Source of the DNA: Bacteroidota bacterium | GTDB lineage: Bacteria > Bacteroidota > Bacteroidia > Cytophagales > Cyclobacteriaceae | Assembly: GCA_023412765.1 (NCBI GenBank) | Contig: JAEZBX010000349.1 | Coordinates: 4,339 to 68,338 of the forward strand | Direction: 5' to 3' | DNA: 64,000 bases | In this document: positions 10,951 to 20,714 of the stretch, in pieces | How the letters are laid out: each line of letters begins with the position of its first letter | Position numbering within the stretch: the stretch's first letter is position 1 | Notes under the pieces: model-generated | What the model saw: only the letters and a program-made list of their open reading frames with translations | Told to the model about the DNA's origin: nothing | Database searches by the model: none | Translations under genes and position numbers: made by a program

Positions 10951-11703
10951 ATGGCAAGCACCTCGACTACACCAGTAGTACCTTCAGGTAAAAGCATTTG
11001 GGATGGTGGAGTATCACCCATGGGCGCCAGCTATGGCAAGCTCATGATGTGGTTCTTCTTATTGTCAGATGCCTTTACATTTTCGGCCCTTCTGATCACA
11101 TACGGATTAGTTCGTTCTTCTCACGATGCATATACTGGTGCCGTTGAAGATTTTGTGTTTTCACAAAACTACTGGCCTATTCCTGAAAAGGTGTTTGAAG
11201 CCGTTCCTTTTTTGCATGGTGTGGAACTTCCGCTGGTATTCGTAGGTATCATGACATTCATCCTCATCATGAGTAGTGTGACGATGGTACTCGCTGTCGA
11301 AGCTGGCCATAGAATGGATCGCCAGGCTGTTGAGAAATGGATGCTTTGGACGATTCTTGGCGGTCTTGCATTCTTGTCCTGCCAGGCATGGGAGTGGGCC
11401 CACTTTATTGCGGGTACGGAGAGCGGTGCTGCGGTGGCTGAGGGAACAACATTCTTTGGAGCGAATTTGACGCATAACCAATATGGTCCTCCCGATTTTG
11501 CCGCCTTTTTCTTTTTCATCACCGGATTTCACGGCTTCCACGTATTCAGTGGTGTATGCCTTAACTTTCTTATATACTATAACACTGTAACAGGAGTATA
11601 CCAACGGAGAGGCCACTATGAGATGGTAGAGAAAGTCGGGTTGTATTGGCACTTTGTCGACCTGGTGTGGGTATTCGTGTTTACTTTCTTCTACCTGGTA
11701 TAA
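10951..11703 (+). CDS. Cytochrome c oxidase subunit III family protein (second copy)
   Basis: TGFHGFHV and GLYWHFVDLVW motifs. Confidence 0.9.
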   Translation: MASTSTTPVVPSGKSIWDGGVSPMGASYGKLMMWFFLLSDAFTFSALLITYGLVRSSHDAYTGAVEDFVFSQNYWPIPEKVFEAVPFLHGVELPLVFVGIMTFILIMSSVTMVLAVEAGHRMDRQAVEKWMLWTILGGLAFLSCQAWEWAHFIAGTESGAAVAEGTTFFGANLTHNQYGPPDFAAFFFFITGFHGFHVFSGVCLNFLIYYNTVTGVYQRRGHYEMVEKVGLYWHFVDLVWVFVFTFFYLV

Positions 11704-11738
11704 TTAACAGAAAATCATAATCGTAACTTCATAAACTC

Positions 11739-12065
11739 ATGGATCATTCCGACGAAAATGTACATGTAAATGTCCTGCCTCCTAACAAGGAAAAAATAAA
11801 GAAACTTTGGACGGTGGCTGGTATTCTTGGTATTGTAACGGCAGTGGAATTCGTCATTGCATTTACTATGCCGCATGGCCCTGCTAAAACATTTCTTTTC
11901 GTCGCGCTGACCATCGTAAAAGCAGGATACATTGTCCTGGAATTTATGCACTTAAAGTATGAAGTAAAGATTCTCTTTTGGTCGATCTTACTACCAATGA
12001 TATTTGTTGTGTGGATGTTAGTCGCCTTTGTGTACGAGGGCATGGCAATATCCGACGTGCGCTAA
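11739..12065 (+). CDS. Cytochrome c oxidase subunit IV family protein
   Basis: Three TM segments, KAGYIVLEFMHLKYE motif, operon position. Confidence 0.85.
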   Translation: MDHSDENVHVNVLPPNKEKIKKLWTVAGILGIVTAVEFVIAFTMPHGPAKTFLFVALTIVKAGYIVLEFMHLKYEVKILFWSILLPMIFVVWMLVAFVYEGMAISDVR

Positions 12066-12088
12066 AAATCTGAGAAAGATAATTGAGG

Positions 12089-12118
12089 AGGCTTAGCACG
12101 ACTAAGCCTTTTTTATTT
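12089..12118 (+). terminator. Intrinsic terminator after cox subunit IV
   Basis: Stem AGGCTTAG / CTAAGCCT with a 5-nt loop, followed by a T-run. Confidence 0.75.
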
Positions 12119-12130
12119 AATCTGTAATCG

Positions 12131-12616
12131 ATGGGAAAGTATAAAAAGGTTCTTCTTCTTTTTCTGGCCTTGATGCTTCCCGTATGTATTTTTCTTTTTC
12201 TCAGGATATTTGGAAAGAATGAATTTTCAGTTCCTCCATTATACACCGAGGTACTTCCTGAAAACGCTGGTGAATGTGATATAGCCATAGCGTTACCATA
12301 TCGGATTCCGAAGGCAGTCCAGGATTCACTTTTGTTGTCGAAAAATAAAATGACTTTGATTCACTTTGGCGTATTGGAATCCGTTGAACATAACAACTTA
12401 AACAGGGTGAAAGAAGAGCATGGACACCGTGTAGGATTTATTATGCTCCCCGACGCCGCTGCTCGACTTAAAAGTTGTGTTTTCTTTCTGGCCGGCAAGA
12501 ACGACCTGGTTCTGGTTGACAATGAAGGCACGATCAGAGGACAATACATCTCATCTGATCGCGACGAAATAGATCGGTTGCTGATGGAACTTACGATTTT
12601 GTTTAATGAGTACTAG
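12131..12616 (+). CDS. Membrane-anchored SCO-like protein, shortened and lacking CxxxC
   Basis: N-terminal TM; C-terminus LVLVDNEGTIRGQY...EIDRLL resembles SCO ends; lies between cox IV and DUF420. Confidence 0.5.
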   Translation: MGKYKKVLLLFLALMLPVCIFLFLRIFGKNEFSVPPLYTEVLPENAGECDIAIALPYRIPKAVQDSLLLSKNKMTLIHFGVLESVEHNNLNRVKEEHGHRVGFIMLPDAAARLKSCVFFLAGKNDLVLVDNEGTIRGQYISSDRDEIDRLLMELTILFNEY

Positions 12617-13157
12617 AATGACCGATCCTCAGCAGCGCACAATACTGAAGAACGACCCGTACAAGAGGCTAATTATAGCGCTCTCCATAGTAATACCGTT
12701 AGCGGTTGCAATCCTTTTCCGTGTTCAGATCAAGGGATATGATCTTACGTTTCTGCCGCCCATCTACGCTACTATTAATGGCCTGACAGCAGTTCTTCTG
12801 ATTGTTGCTTTCTTCTGTATAAAGAATGGGAGACGCCGTACTCACGAACTGATTATGAAAACCTGCATGGGGCTATCTGCATTATTCTTGATGATGTACG
12901 TGGCTTATCATATGACAAGCGCTTCCACGCCTTACGGCGGCACCGGCTTTATAAGGAATGTTTACTTTTTTATTCTGATTTCGCACATTTTACTTTCGGT
13001 CGGTGTTATACCGTTAGTGCTTTTTACGTACTTGCGGGCATGGAGAGGTGATTTTGGCAACCATCGTAAACTGGCGAAGATCGCGTTTCCTTTCTGGCTT
13101 TATGTAGCGATATCAGGTGTTATCGTATATGTTATGATAAGCCCTTATTACAAGTGA
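12606..13157 (+). CDS. DUF420 family membrane protein
   Basis: FLMMYVAYH, ILISHILLS and HRKLAK..FPFWLYVAISGV motifs. Confidence 0.85.
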   Translation: MSTRMTDPQQRTILKNDPYKRLIIALSIVIPLAVAILFRVQIKGYDLTFLPPIYATINGLTAVLLIVAFFCIKNGRRRTHELIMKTCMGLSALFLMMYVAYHMTSASTPYGGTGFIRNVYFFILISHILLSVGVIPLVLFTYLRAWRGDFGNHRKLAKIAFPFWLYVAISGVIVYVMISPYYK

Positions 13158-13426
13158 GAATAGGTTATATGAGTAAAAAAATATTATTCGTATTGGTGAT
13201 TCTGGTAAGCGCAATTGCTGACGTGTCTGCTCAATGCGCAATGTGCCGAACAACTCTTGAAAATAACTATTCAAACGGTGATCCAGGAATAGCCGCGGGG
13301 ATCAACACCGGAATTCTTTATCTGTTAAGCATGCCCTATCTCGCCGTAGTAATTCTCGGATATCTTTGGTATAAATCCAGTAAGAATGCCAGCAAAAAAT
13401 TTTCAGACAGCTCTGCTGCTCGGTAA
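13154..13426 (+). CDS. Small membrane protein with AQCAMC motif (start may be ATG 13169)
   Basis: Signal peptide, AQCAMCR, GINTGILYLL and a C-terminal TM. Confidence 0.7.
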   Translation: MRIGYMSKKILFVLVILVSAIADVSAQCAMCRTTLENNYSNGDPGIAAGINTGILYLLSMPYLAVVILGYLWYKSSKNASKKFSDSSAAR

Positions 13427-13772
13427 ATGCCCGCGCTGTCGGGAAGGCAACATTTTTAAGTACCCTGTTCGTCGTCTCACAAAATTCAATGCGATGAATA
13501 AGACTTGTCCGCATTGTGGAGTGAGCCTTGAGCCGGAGCCCGGCTTTTATCAGGGTGCCATGTATGTGCAGTACGGGTTCACCATGGTATTACTCATAAT
13601 CATCAGTATCATACTATCATTGTCAGGTGATTTTTCTGAATGGGTCTATATCGGTGTGACCATAGCTGCAATCATCATTCTCGCACCAATAAATTATAGG
13701 GCATCGCGCATAGTGTATCTCTATATGTTTGGCGGCATCAAATACAAGCCTCATCTGTCGCAACCAAAGTAA
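13386..13772 (+). CDS. DUF983 family protein
   Basis: CPRC..CPHC zinc ribbon, EPEPGFYQGAMY and two TMs. Confidence 0.8.
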   Translation: MPAKNFQTALLLGKCPRCREGNIFKYPVRRLTKFNAMNKTCPHCGVSLEPEPGFYQGAMYVQYGFTMVLLIIISIILSLSGDFSEWVYIGVTIAAIIILAPINYRASRIVYLYMFGGIKYKPHLSQPK

Positions 13773-13809
13773 TTCAGTAACTTTATACATCATCAACACG
13801 TGAGATTCG

Positions 13810-16800
13810 TTGAACCGGAACTACTTAGCATTTGGATCAATACTTTTTTTTATTGCCGGACTCGCGCTGGCGTACGTGGCGAACAGACCGGTTTTGCCTC
13901 AGGATATTGCGCTTACCGTTTCCCGGAATTTGGAGAAAGAAATTGAAAAGGCTAATGAGGAAGCCGGATCAATACTTGCCAATCTACACGAGCCTGGTTA
14001 TAGGCTTCCACAAATAAAAGGACTTTCCTTTTTTCTTTTCGACAGGGGTCGTCTTGCTGAATGGTCCAACAATGATTTTGTTCCAACTTCAGCATCAGTT
14101 GTGCAACCGTTCAGTATTAAATTGCTAAAGGCAGGCAATGGTAATTACATTGCCAAACGGTGGCAGGTTAACACGTCGCAATTTCTTGTTGCTGTCATTC
14201 CACTTATAAGGAATTACACCATCACCAACGACTATCTGAGGACTGAATGGAATGAACGCATATTCCCATCGCCAGGCTTTGATATTTTGGAGGCCGATGC
14301 TAATCTAGGTATCCCTGTCTGCGTTGGCGAGCAATGTGTGTTTCGCGTTAGTTTCTTGCGGAATGAACTTCCTTTAAATTCTGGAACGAAAGCCGCAGCG
14401 GTAGCACTTATCTCAATTGCAATTATTTTGTTTGCCGCGATTGTTTACAAATTTATTAAGCGCATTCCGGCGCCCGAGTTGCAATTGCTTACTTTATATA
14501 TTTTTCTGTTAGCCTTACGCTATGGGATGGTCGCTTTAAATTTTCCTGCCGGACTTTTAACCTCCGACCTTTTTAACCCGCAAGTCTTTGCTTCTTCCAC
14601 GCTGAATGCATCGTTAGGTGATCTGATCCTCAACGAAATTGCGCTCCTGTTTCTCTGCATCCATTTATTCTTGAATTACAGAGGATTTGTTACGCTTAGA
14701 TATTTCTACCGCGAAGATATAGTGTCATGGATACTCTCCGTCGTCTCTGCAGTGTGCGTATTATTTGCAATGCTCTTTCCCTTCATTGTAATTCAAACGC
14801 TATACAATAACTCGTCCATCACACTCGACCTTTCGCATTCGTTGCGCTTTGATAATTTGCGCATAGTCGGTACGGTGGCTGTTTTGCTTTCTGGTGTTTG
14901 TTCTTTTCTGTTCGCTCATACCTTTATTCGTTTGTTAATTGCAGATGGCGAACGAGTACGGGTCGTTGTTTCATTTCTAATTGCAACGATATTTTTTTCT
15001 CTGATCAATACCTTGGTTGAACAATCATACCTCTCGTCATTATTCCTGGGTACCGGATATTTTGTTCTGGTGTATTTCCTGAAACTGTACGGAAGTTTAA
15101 GGCAATTGAGTTTTGGAACCTTCGTATACCTTTTCGTATCGATATTTTTTCTTTCTACAAATGGCGCATATGCCATCCACGCATACGAACGGCAGGAAAA
15201 AATTGATGACCAGTTTCGGTTTGCATCCAATTTTTTGATTGATCGCGATTATTTCGGAGAATATTTGCTTAATGAGACAGCTGATAAAATTTCAAAAGAC
15301 GTTTTCAGTCAAATAAGTATTGCATCACCATTCCTGAGCAGGGACGCTGTGCGACAGAAGATCAGGCAGGTCTTTATTTCGAGCTATTTCAACAAGTATG
15401 ATGTTGAGATTTACATCTTTAACGCAGCGGGACAATCCTTCGACAATCGCACGACTGCCACCTACAATCAAATGATCGGAGCGTATGATCATGAGAACTT
15501 TCGGACGGCTTATGAAAATGTGTATTTTATTAATAGTCCTTCGACCGATGTCACTCAAAAGTACCTGGTTAAGATTCCTATGCGAAGACTCAATGTAATC
15601 GCAGGGTATATCGTTTTAGAATTTTCATTGAAGAAAGTTATTCCGGAAAGCGTTTATCCCGAATTGTTGGTTGACAATAGCTTCAAAGAATTCTATCGTT
15701 CACAGGATATTAGCTATGCCGTTTACTCCGATACAAGCTTGCTTTTCAGCTCGGGTGACTTTAACTATGAAGTGGGTTTTCACCGCGAATGGTTGGGAAG
15801 ACCTGAACTACATACTGTAGGTATAAGGGAAGCTGGCTTCGACCATATAGCACAGGAAGATCAGAACGGACGCGTTGCCGTAGTTTCGTCACCTCAGACT
15901 AAACCGGCGTTTATCCTGGCGAACTTTTCATTTTGGCTGGTTCTGGGATTGACGATCATATTTATGCAATTGCTGTTTCTTGGGATTCAGAATTATGTGC
16001 GTGGCGAAAAACTGTTTTTTTCTGCGCGGATACAGTTGCTTCTCAATGCCGCGTTTTTTCTCCCACTCATTATTGTAAGTGTCACGACACTAAACTTGAC
16101 AAATATTTCATCGCAGATTCAATTGAATAATGAATATCTTAACAAAGCTGAGTCCTTTGGGACACAACTTTCGGTCTATCTGGACAATTATCTGGACGCA
16201 GGTAGGGGTGACGTGGGTAGCTTTGAAAATCACCTTACCGATCTTGCCAGTCTGACAAACCTTGATGCAAATGTTTTTAATGTTAATGGGGAAATCATTG
16301 CATCGAGTCAACCGCTTATCGTAGAAAATAATCTTGTCTCCGGGTACATCAATCCTCGGGCGCGACATGAAATACTTGCAGGTAAGAACTTGTTAATTCA
16401 AACTGAGAATGTTGGTACACTGGAGTACTTCGTTTCATATGCAGCACTAAAGGCACCGCGCACCGGCAAGTTGATTGGTATCCTTGGAATTCCGTTCTTT
16501 CAGTCTGCCTATTCGCTTGAGAAGGTGCAAATCTCCATCCTTGCTAATATTCTCAGCATTTTTGCATTGATCTTTATTGGCCTGGTGATACTATCGTATT
16601 TCGTCTCACAGTGGCTGACATTCCCGCTGAAATTCATCACGCAGTCTCTTCGTCGAACGTCGCTGGTCAAAACAAACCAACCATTGATTTGGAACGCCGA
16701 CGATGAGATCGGTCTTATGGTCAAGGAATACAACCAAATGCTATTCAAATTGGGAGAAAGTAAAGCAGAGCTTGAACAAACTCAGCGCGAACGAGCGTGG

Positions 16801-17466
16801 CGAGAAATAGCACAACAAGTGGCGCACGAGATAAAAAATCCGCTGACACCAATGAAGCTGACACTGCAGCAACTCGAGCGTTCATTGATTTCTAACAATC
16901 ACACATCGGAAAAAACAGCTAAGGCCGTTGCGTCTCTCCTGACGCAAGTTGAAACGTTGAACGAAATTGCGTCATCATTTAGCTCTTTTGCAAAAATGCC
17001 CGAGCCGGTAATGCATCCGTTGGAACTGGTTTCGCTGACAAAACGGATTGTCGATTTGCATATGCATGCGGGTGACCTGGTGTTTAGTTCTACTGTAAAG
17101 GAGGCATTTGTTCTCGGCGATGACCAATTGTTAGGACGAACTTTTTCTAACCTCATCCTGAACTCTTTTCAGTCTGCGCAGCCTGGTAAGGCTATGCAAG
17201 TCAGAGTGAACTTGTCAAAAGAAAATGAGGATTACTTAATAGCGATTGAAGACACGGGCAAAGGAATAACTGACGAAGAAGCGGAGCGGATCTTCTCGCC
17301 ACACTTTACTACGAAACGTTCTGGCTCTGGATTGGGACTTGCCATTAGCAAACAGGCAATCGAGCAGATGAAAGGAAAAATTTGGTTTGAATCGACTTTA
17401 GGTAAGGGGACAACCTTTTACATTTCATTGCCGGTTTTAAACCAGGATCTTAAAATCTCAACGTAA
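13810..17466 (+). CDS. Large multi-TM sensor histidine kinase (HAMP-HisKA-HATPase, NtrY-like C-terminus)
   Basis: AWREIAQQVAHEIKNPLTP H-box, DTGKGI, FTTKRSGSGLGL; many N-terminal TMs. Confidence 0.9.
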   Translation: MNRNYLAFGSILFFIAGLALAYVANRPVLPQDIALTVSRNLEKEIEKANEEAGSILANLHEPGYRLPQIKGLSFFLFDRGRLAEWSNNDFVPTSASVVQPFSIKLLKAGNGNYIAKRWQVNTSQFLVAVIPLIRNYTITNDYLRTEWNERIFPSPGFDILEADANLGIPVCVGEQCVFRVSFLRNELPLNSGTKAAAVALISIAIILFAAIVYKFIKRIPAPELQLLTLYIFLLALRYGMVALNFPAGLLTSDLFNPQVFASSTLNASLGDLILNEIALLFLCIHLFLNYRGFVTLRYFYREDIVSWILSVVSAVCVLFAMLFPFIVIQTLYNNSSITLDLSHSLRFDNLRIVGTVAVLLSGVCSFLFAHTFIRLLIADGERVRVVVSFLIATIFFSLINTLVEQSYLSSLFLGTGYFVLVYFLKLYGSLRQLSFGTFVYLFVSIFFLSTNGAYAIHAYERQEKIDDQFRFASNFLIDRDYFGEYLLNETADKISKDVFSQISIASPFLSRDAVRQKIRQVFISSYFNKYDVEIYIFNAAGQSFDNRTTATYNQMIGAYDHENFRTAYENVYFINSPSTDVTQKYLVKIPMRRLNVIAGYIVLEFSLKKVIPESVYPELLVDNSFKEFYRSQDISYAVYSDTSLLFSSGDFNYEVGFHREWLGRPELHTVGIREAGFDHIAQEDQNGRVAVVSSPQTKPAFILANFSFWLVLGLTIIFMQLLFLGIQNYVRGEKLFFSARIQLLLNAAFFLPLIIVSVTTLNLTNISSQIQLNNEYLNKAESFGTQLSVYLDNYLDAGRGDVGSFENHLTDLASLTNLDANVFNVNGEIIASSQPLIVENNLVSGYINPRARHEILAGKNLLIQTENVGTLEYFVSYAALKAPRTGKLIGILGIPFFQSAYSLEKVQISILANILSIFALIFIGLVILSYFVSQWLTFPLKFITQSLRRTSLVKTNQPLIWNADDEIGLMVKEYNQMLFKLGESKAELEQTQRERAWREIAQQVAHEIKNPLTPMKLTLQQLERSLISNNHTSEKTAKAVASLLTQVETLNEIASSFSSFAKMPEPVMHPLELVSLTKRIVDLHMHAGDLVFSSTVKEAFVLGDDQLLGRTFSNLILNSFQSAQPGKAMQVRVNLSKENEDYLIAIEDTGKGITDEEAERIFSPHFTTKRSGSGLGLAISKQAIEQMKGKIWFESTLGKGTTFYISLPVLNQDLKIST

Positions 17467-18802
17467 AAACTGTCTTTACGTCAGGAATTGATTCGACTGT
17501 AATGGACCCATTGTGCATTTGCATTATTTGCCTAGACAAACTTAAACCAATCCCGGATCCCGTTCGCTTTGTAGTGTAGAACGGAACAAAAATGTGTTCG
17601 ACCGCTTCTTTAATGATACCTGGCCCGTTGTCGATCACTTCTATCTTAACGGTATTTTCATCGTAACTGCCGATCAGCTCAAGTCTCGGGTTTTCAGTTT
17701 CGGATAGTGCTTCAATGGCATTTTTCAAAAGATTGATCAAAACCTGTTCTATCATTTCTACATCAGCCTGGATGGTGAGATATTCGGAGTTGCATTCGTA
17801 ATGGAAATCGATAGCTGTTTTCTTAAGTTCGGTCCGCATCAGTTGTGCTACATGGGTAATAAGGTCCCTTAGCCGCACCGTTGACATCTTAGGCTTCGGT
17901 AGTGAAGTATATTCGCGGTAAGCATCAATAAATTTGATCAGCCCTTTACTGCGGTTCTCAATAGTACTTAAACCTTCTCTGAGATCCTCGGCGCCTTCCT
18001 CTTTCAATTCATAGTGAGAATTTTTCCTTTCCATATCATGGTCAAGAATTTCGCGTAGCGTTGACGTTAGTGACGAGATTGGGGTGATGGAATTCATGAT
18101 TTCATGGCGAAGCACACGCGTAAGATTCTGCCAGGCTTCCAGCTCTTGCTTTTGCAGCTCAGGCTGGATGTTTTGGAGAGTGACCAACTTTACATCGGTT
18201 CCTCTTATCCTCAATTCAGTGGATTGGATGGTGAGGTAAATTTCGTTAGGTCCTTTGTAGAGCTCACTTTTGCCAAGTTCGGCACTATTGATGGCGTGGT
18301 AAAGTTTTGGATTGAGCGATATCAGCTCCTTGATGTTTTTAATATTGGACGTTCCGATAAACCGTTTTGCATTTGTATTAATCAACTGCACGTTCCCATC
18401 GATATCGAATGAAAGAATACCGGTCCGAACCTGCTGAACTACTGAATTAAGGTATTGCCAGTGCTCTTCCTTTTCGGACCGGGCTTTACGAAATGCTTCC
18501 AACACTTCGTTGAATGCAATGTTGAGTTCCTTGAAACTTTTCCCAAGGCGGTTGTCAGCTGCAAAACCAGAGATAAAATCTGAATATTTGACCGATTCCA
18601 GAAAGCGTGTGAGCTTTCGGTTTGTCTGGCTGATGAATTTAAAGATATCAACGAGCTGAAGGACAATGATGATGCCCATAAGCATCGCCGCAAAAAGCAT
18701 ATTCGGCCTCGTTATCATAAAGACGAACAAAGCCATGGTCAAGCCGAGCAACACCACCCGGATTATTACCCGAGCGCGAAAATCATTAAAGCCTAATTTC
18801 AA
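17450..18802 (-). CDS. PAS-containing sensor histidine kinase
   Basis: HEIMNSITPI, NLLKNA, DNGPGI and GSGIGLSL motifs. Confidence 0.92.
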   Translation of the reverse strand: MKLGFNDFRARVIIRVVLLGLTMALFVFMITRPNMLFAAMLMGIIIVLQLVDIFKFISQTNRKLTRFLESVKYSDFISGFAADNRLGKSFKELNIAFNEVLEAFRKARSEKEEHWQYLNSVVQQVRTGILSFDIDGNVQLINTNAKRFIGTSNIKNIKELISLNPKLYHAINSAELGKSELYKGPNEIYLTIQSTELRIRGTDVKLVTLQNIQPELQKQELEAWQNLTRVLRHEIMNSITPISSLTSTLREILDHDMERKNSHYELKEEGAEDLREGLSTIENRSKGLIKFIDAYREYTSLPKPKMSTVRLRDLITHVAQLMRTELKKTAIDFHYECNSEYLTIQADVEMIEQVLINLLKNAIEALSETENPRLELIGSYDENTVKIEVIDNGPGIIKEAVEHIFVPFYTTKRTGSGIGLSLSRQIMQMHNGSITVESIPDVKTVFTLRF

Positions 18803-18853
18803 GTTAAAAGTTCTCGGCTTAAAGTTCTGCGATTATCGGTTGGAAAACAATAT

Positions 18854-18997
18854 GGTTTAAAGTTTGAGGTTTAAGGTTTGAAGTTGCAGGCCTGAACGGG
18901 CAACTAGCTTTCTCAAGTGGGCAGGCACTGACAGGGCACGAATGAAATAGCAGCACGCTAGAGCGTTTTGCGTTAAGCGTTTCGCATTATGCCCTTT
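18854..18997. repeat. Two degenerate heptamer tandem runs (RGTTTRA x4 plus 2 degenerate; GCGTTNN-like x5)
   Basis: ggtttaa agtttga ggtttaa ggtttga agttgca ggcctga at 18854-18895; gcgtttt gcgttaa gcgtttc gcattat gcccttt at 18963-18997. Confidence 0.7.
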
Positions 18998-19007
18998 AGC
19001 CGGACGC

Positions 19008-19041
19008 AAGCTGTCAGCTGTTGGCTGAAAGCTGACAGCTT
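19008..19041. repeat. Palindromic heptamer element (RGCTGNN x5) with a 12-bp stem
   Basis: AAGCTGTCAGCT (19008-19019) is the reverse complement of AGCTGACAGCTT (19030-19041); a similar copy lies at 60627. Confidence 0.75.
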
Positions 19042-20419
19042 ACAGTCCGTACTTCTCCAACCTTCTATAAAGCGACGACCGGGTTAGACCCAACTCAGAA
19101 GCTGCCTGGGTAATATTGCCATTGTATTTCTTGAGGACCTTTCGAATAAGAAGTTTTTCTACTTCTTCGAGATTGTACTGGTCAAGGCTCAGCTGGCCAT
19201 CTTCCTTTCCAGAGGAAGGAGTGAAATTAAAATCCTCGGGCTGTAGCACGCTCGTTCCGCTGAGGATAATGGCGCGTTCCAGGGCATGTTGAAGTTCTCT
19301 TATATTGCCTGGCCATGGATGTTTATGCATCCTTGACATGGCAGCTTCGCTAATCTTCGTTACACTCTTGTCGTATTTTGATGCATAGTGCTTTAAAAAG
19401 TGATTGGCTAAAAGAGGGATGTCCTCGAACCTTTCGCGCAACGGCGGTATTTCAATCTCTATTGTATTGATGCGATACAGAAGATCCTGACGAAAACGAT
19501 TCTCCTTCACCATTTCATAAAGTGGCATGTTGGTAGCACAGATTAGCCGTATATCAATAGGTGTATCCTTGTTTGATCCAACGCGGCTCACCTTTCGATT
19601 TTGTAAAACCGTAAGAAGTTTGGCCTGAAGGGGCATTGATAAATTTCCAATCTCGTCGAGGAAGAGAGTACCGTGATTTGCCATCTCAAAACGCCCCGCA
19701 CGATCTTCCTTTGCATCTGTGAACGATCCTTTCTTATGCCCGAATAATTCACTTTCGAATAGCGTCTCCGTTATTGATCCAAGATCGACGGCGGCAAAAT
19801 TCTCGTTCTTCCGGGAGGAGTTCCGATGGATGGCTCGGGCGATCAGTTCTTTGCCAGTTCCATTCTCGCCAAGGATAAGAACATTGGCGTCCGTTTTGGC
19901 AACGCGGTCTATGGTTTGGAAGATCTTCTGCATTGCCGCGCTTTGACCAATGATCTCGCTATACCGGTCATTCAGCACCTGGTTGATCTCCTGATTCTTA
20001 ATTTTCAGATTTTCGATAACATCGCGTGATTCCCGCAGCCTCATCGCCGAGTAGAGTGTTGCCAGCAGTTTTTCGTTTTCCCATGGCTTCACGACAAAAT
20101 CGGTTGCCCCAGCTTTAATGGCCTTGACCGCCATCTGTATATCTCCATATGCTGTGATCAGAACTACTACTGCGGATGGATCGAGTTGGAGAATCCGCTC
20201 CAGCCAGTAATAACCTTCGCTACCGCTGCTCACATCTTTTGTGAAATTCATATCAAGCAGGATTACATCGTAATCCTCATTGTTCATGAGGGCGGGTATT
20301 GCCTCCGGATTTTTTTCAACGTCAACCTGCGAGAAGTGTCGCTTCAGGTGCATTTTGGCCGCTTTGAGGAGGTCTTCGTTATCGTCAACAATTAGGATTT
20401 TCCCGCTTTTCTGTTCCAT
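19040..20419 (-). CDS. Sigma54-dependent NtrC-family response regulator
   Basis: Receiver domain, GENGTGKE Walker A, ESELFGHKKGSFTDA (GAFTGA variant), WPGNIREL, Fis-type HTH. Confidence 0.95.
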   Translation of the reverse strand: MEQKSGKILIVDDNEDLLKAAKMHLKRHFSQVDVEKNPEAIPALMNNEDYDVILLDMNFTKDVSSGSEGYYWLERILQLDPSAVVVLITAYGDIQMAVKAIKAGATDFVVKPWENEKLLATLYSAMRLRESRDVIENLKIKNQEINQVLNDRYSEIIGQSAAMQKIFQTIDRVAKTDANVLILGENGTGKELIARAIHRNSSRKNENFAAVDLGSITETLFESELFGHKKGSFTDAKEDRAGRFEMANHGTLFLDEIGNLSMPLQAKLLTVLQNRKVSRVGSNKDTPIDIRLICATNMPLYEMVKENRFRQDLLYRINTIEIEIPPLRERFEDIPLLANHFLKHYASKYDKSVTKISEAAMSRMHKHPWPGNIRELQHALERAIILSGTSVLQPEDFNFTPSSGKEDGQLSLDQYNLEEVEKLLIRKVLKKYNGNITQAASELGLTRSSLYRRLEKYGL

Positions 20420-20545
20420 TAAAGTTCGGTTTTGGCTAGGTTAGGATTTGGCTTATATAATTATGTCCGCTAATGGGCAAAGTATATACCGAAAGTTACG
20501 TGCCTGCATAGCATGCGGGAAACGCACTTTTGCCATAAATATAGC

Positions 20546-20581
20546 CGTTCGAATGCGGACATAGACGTTCACATGTGAACT
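20546..20581. promoter_or_regulatory. Putative tandem enhancer (UAS) sites for the sigma54 activator
   Basis: GTTCGAATGCGGAC (20547) and the perfect palindrome GTTCACATGTGAAC (20567), 20 bp apart. Confidence 0.55.
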
Positions 20582-20633
20582 GATTTTTCGATCGCACAAT
20601 TCAAATAAAGGGTGAAATTGGCTTTCAGGCGGT

Positions 20634-20648
20634 TGGCACACTTGTTGG
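20634..20648 (+). promoter_or_regulatory. Putative sigma54 -24/-12 promoter of the exporter operon
   Basis: TGGCACACTTGTTGG (TGGCAC-N5-TTG; the -12 C is replaced by G), adjacent to a sigma54 activator gene. Confidence 0.55.
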
Positions 20649-20714
20649 CATTCGGGGTACACGTCATATTGGTTTTTATTAAATATGATCTATGGATCAT
20701 AAATTTTAATTTGA

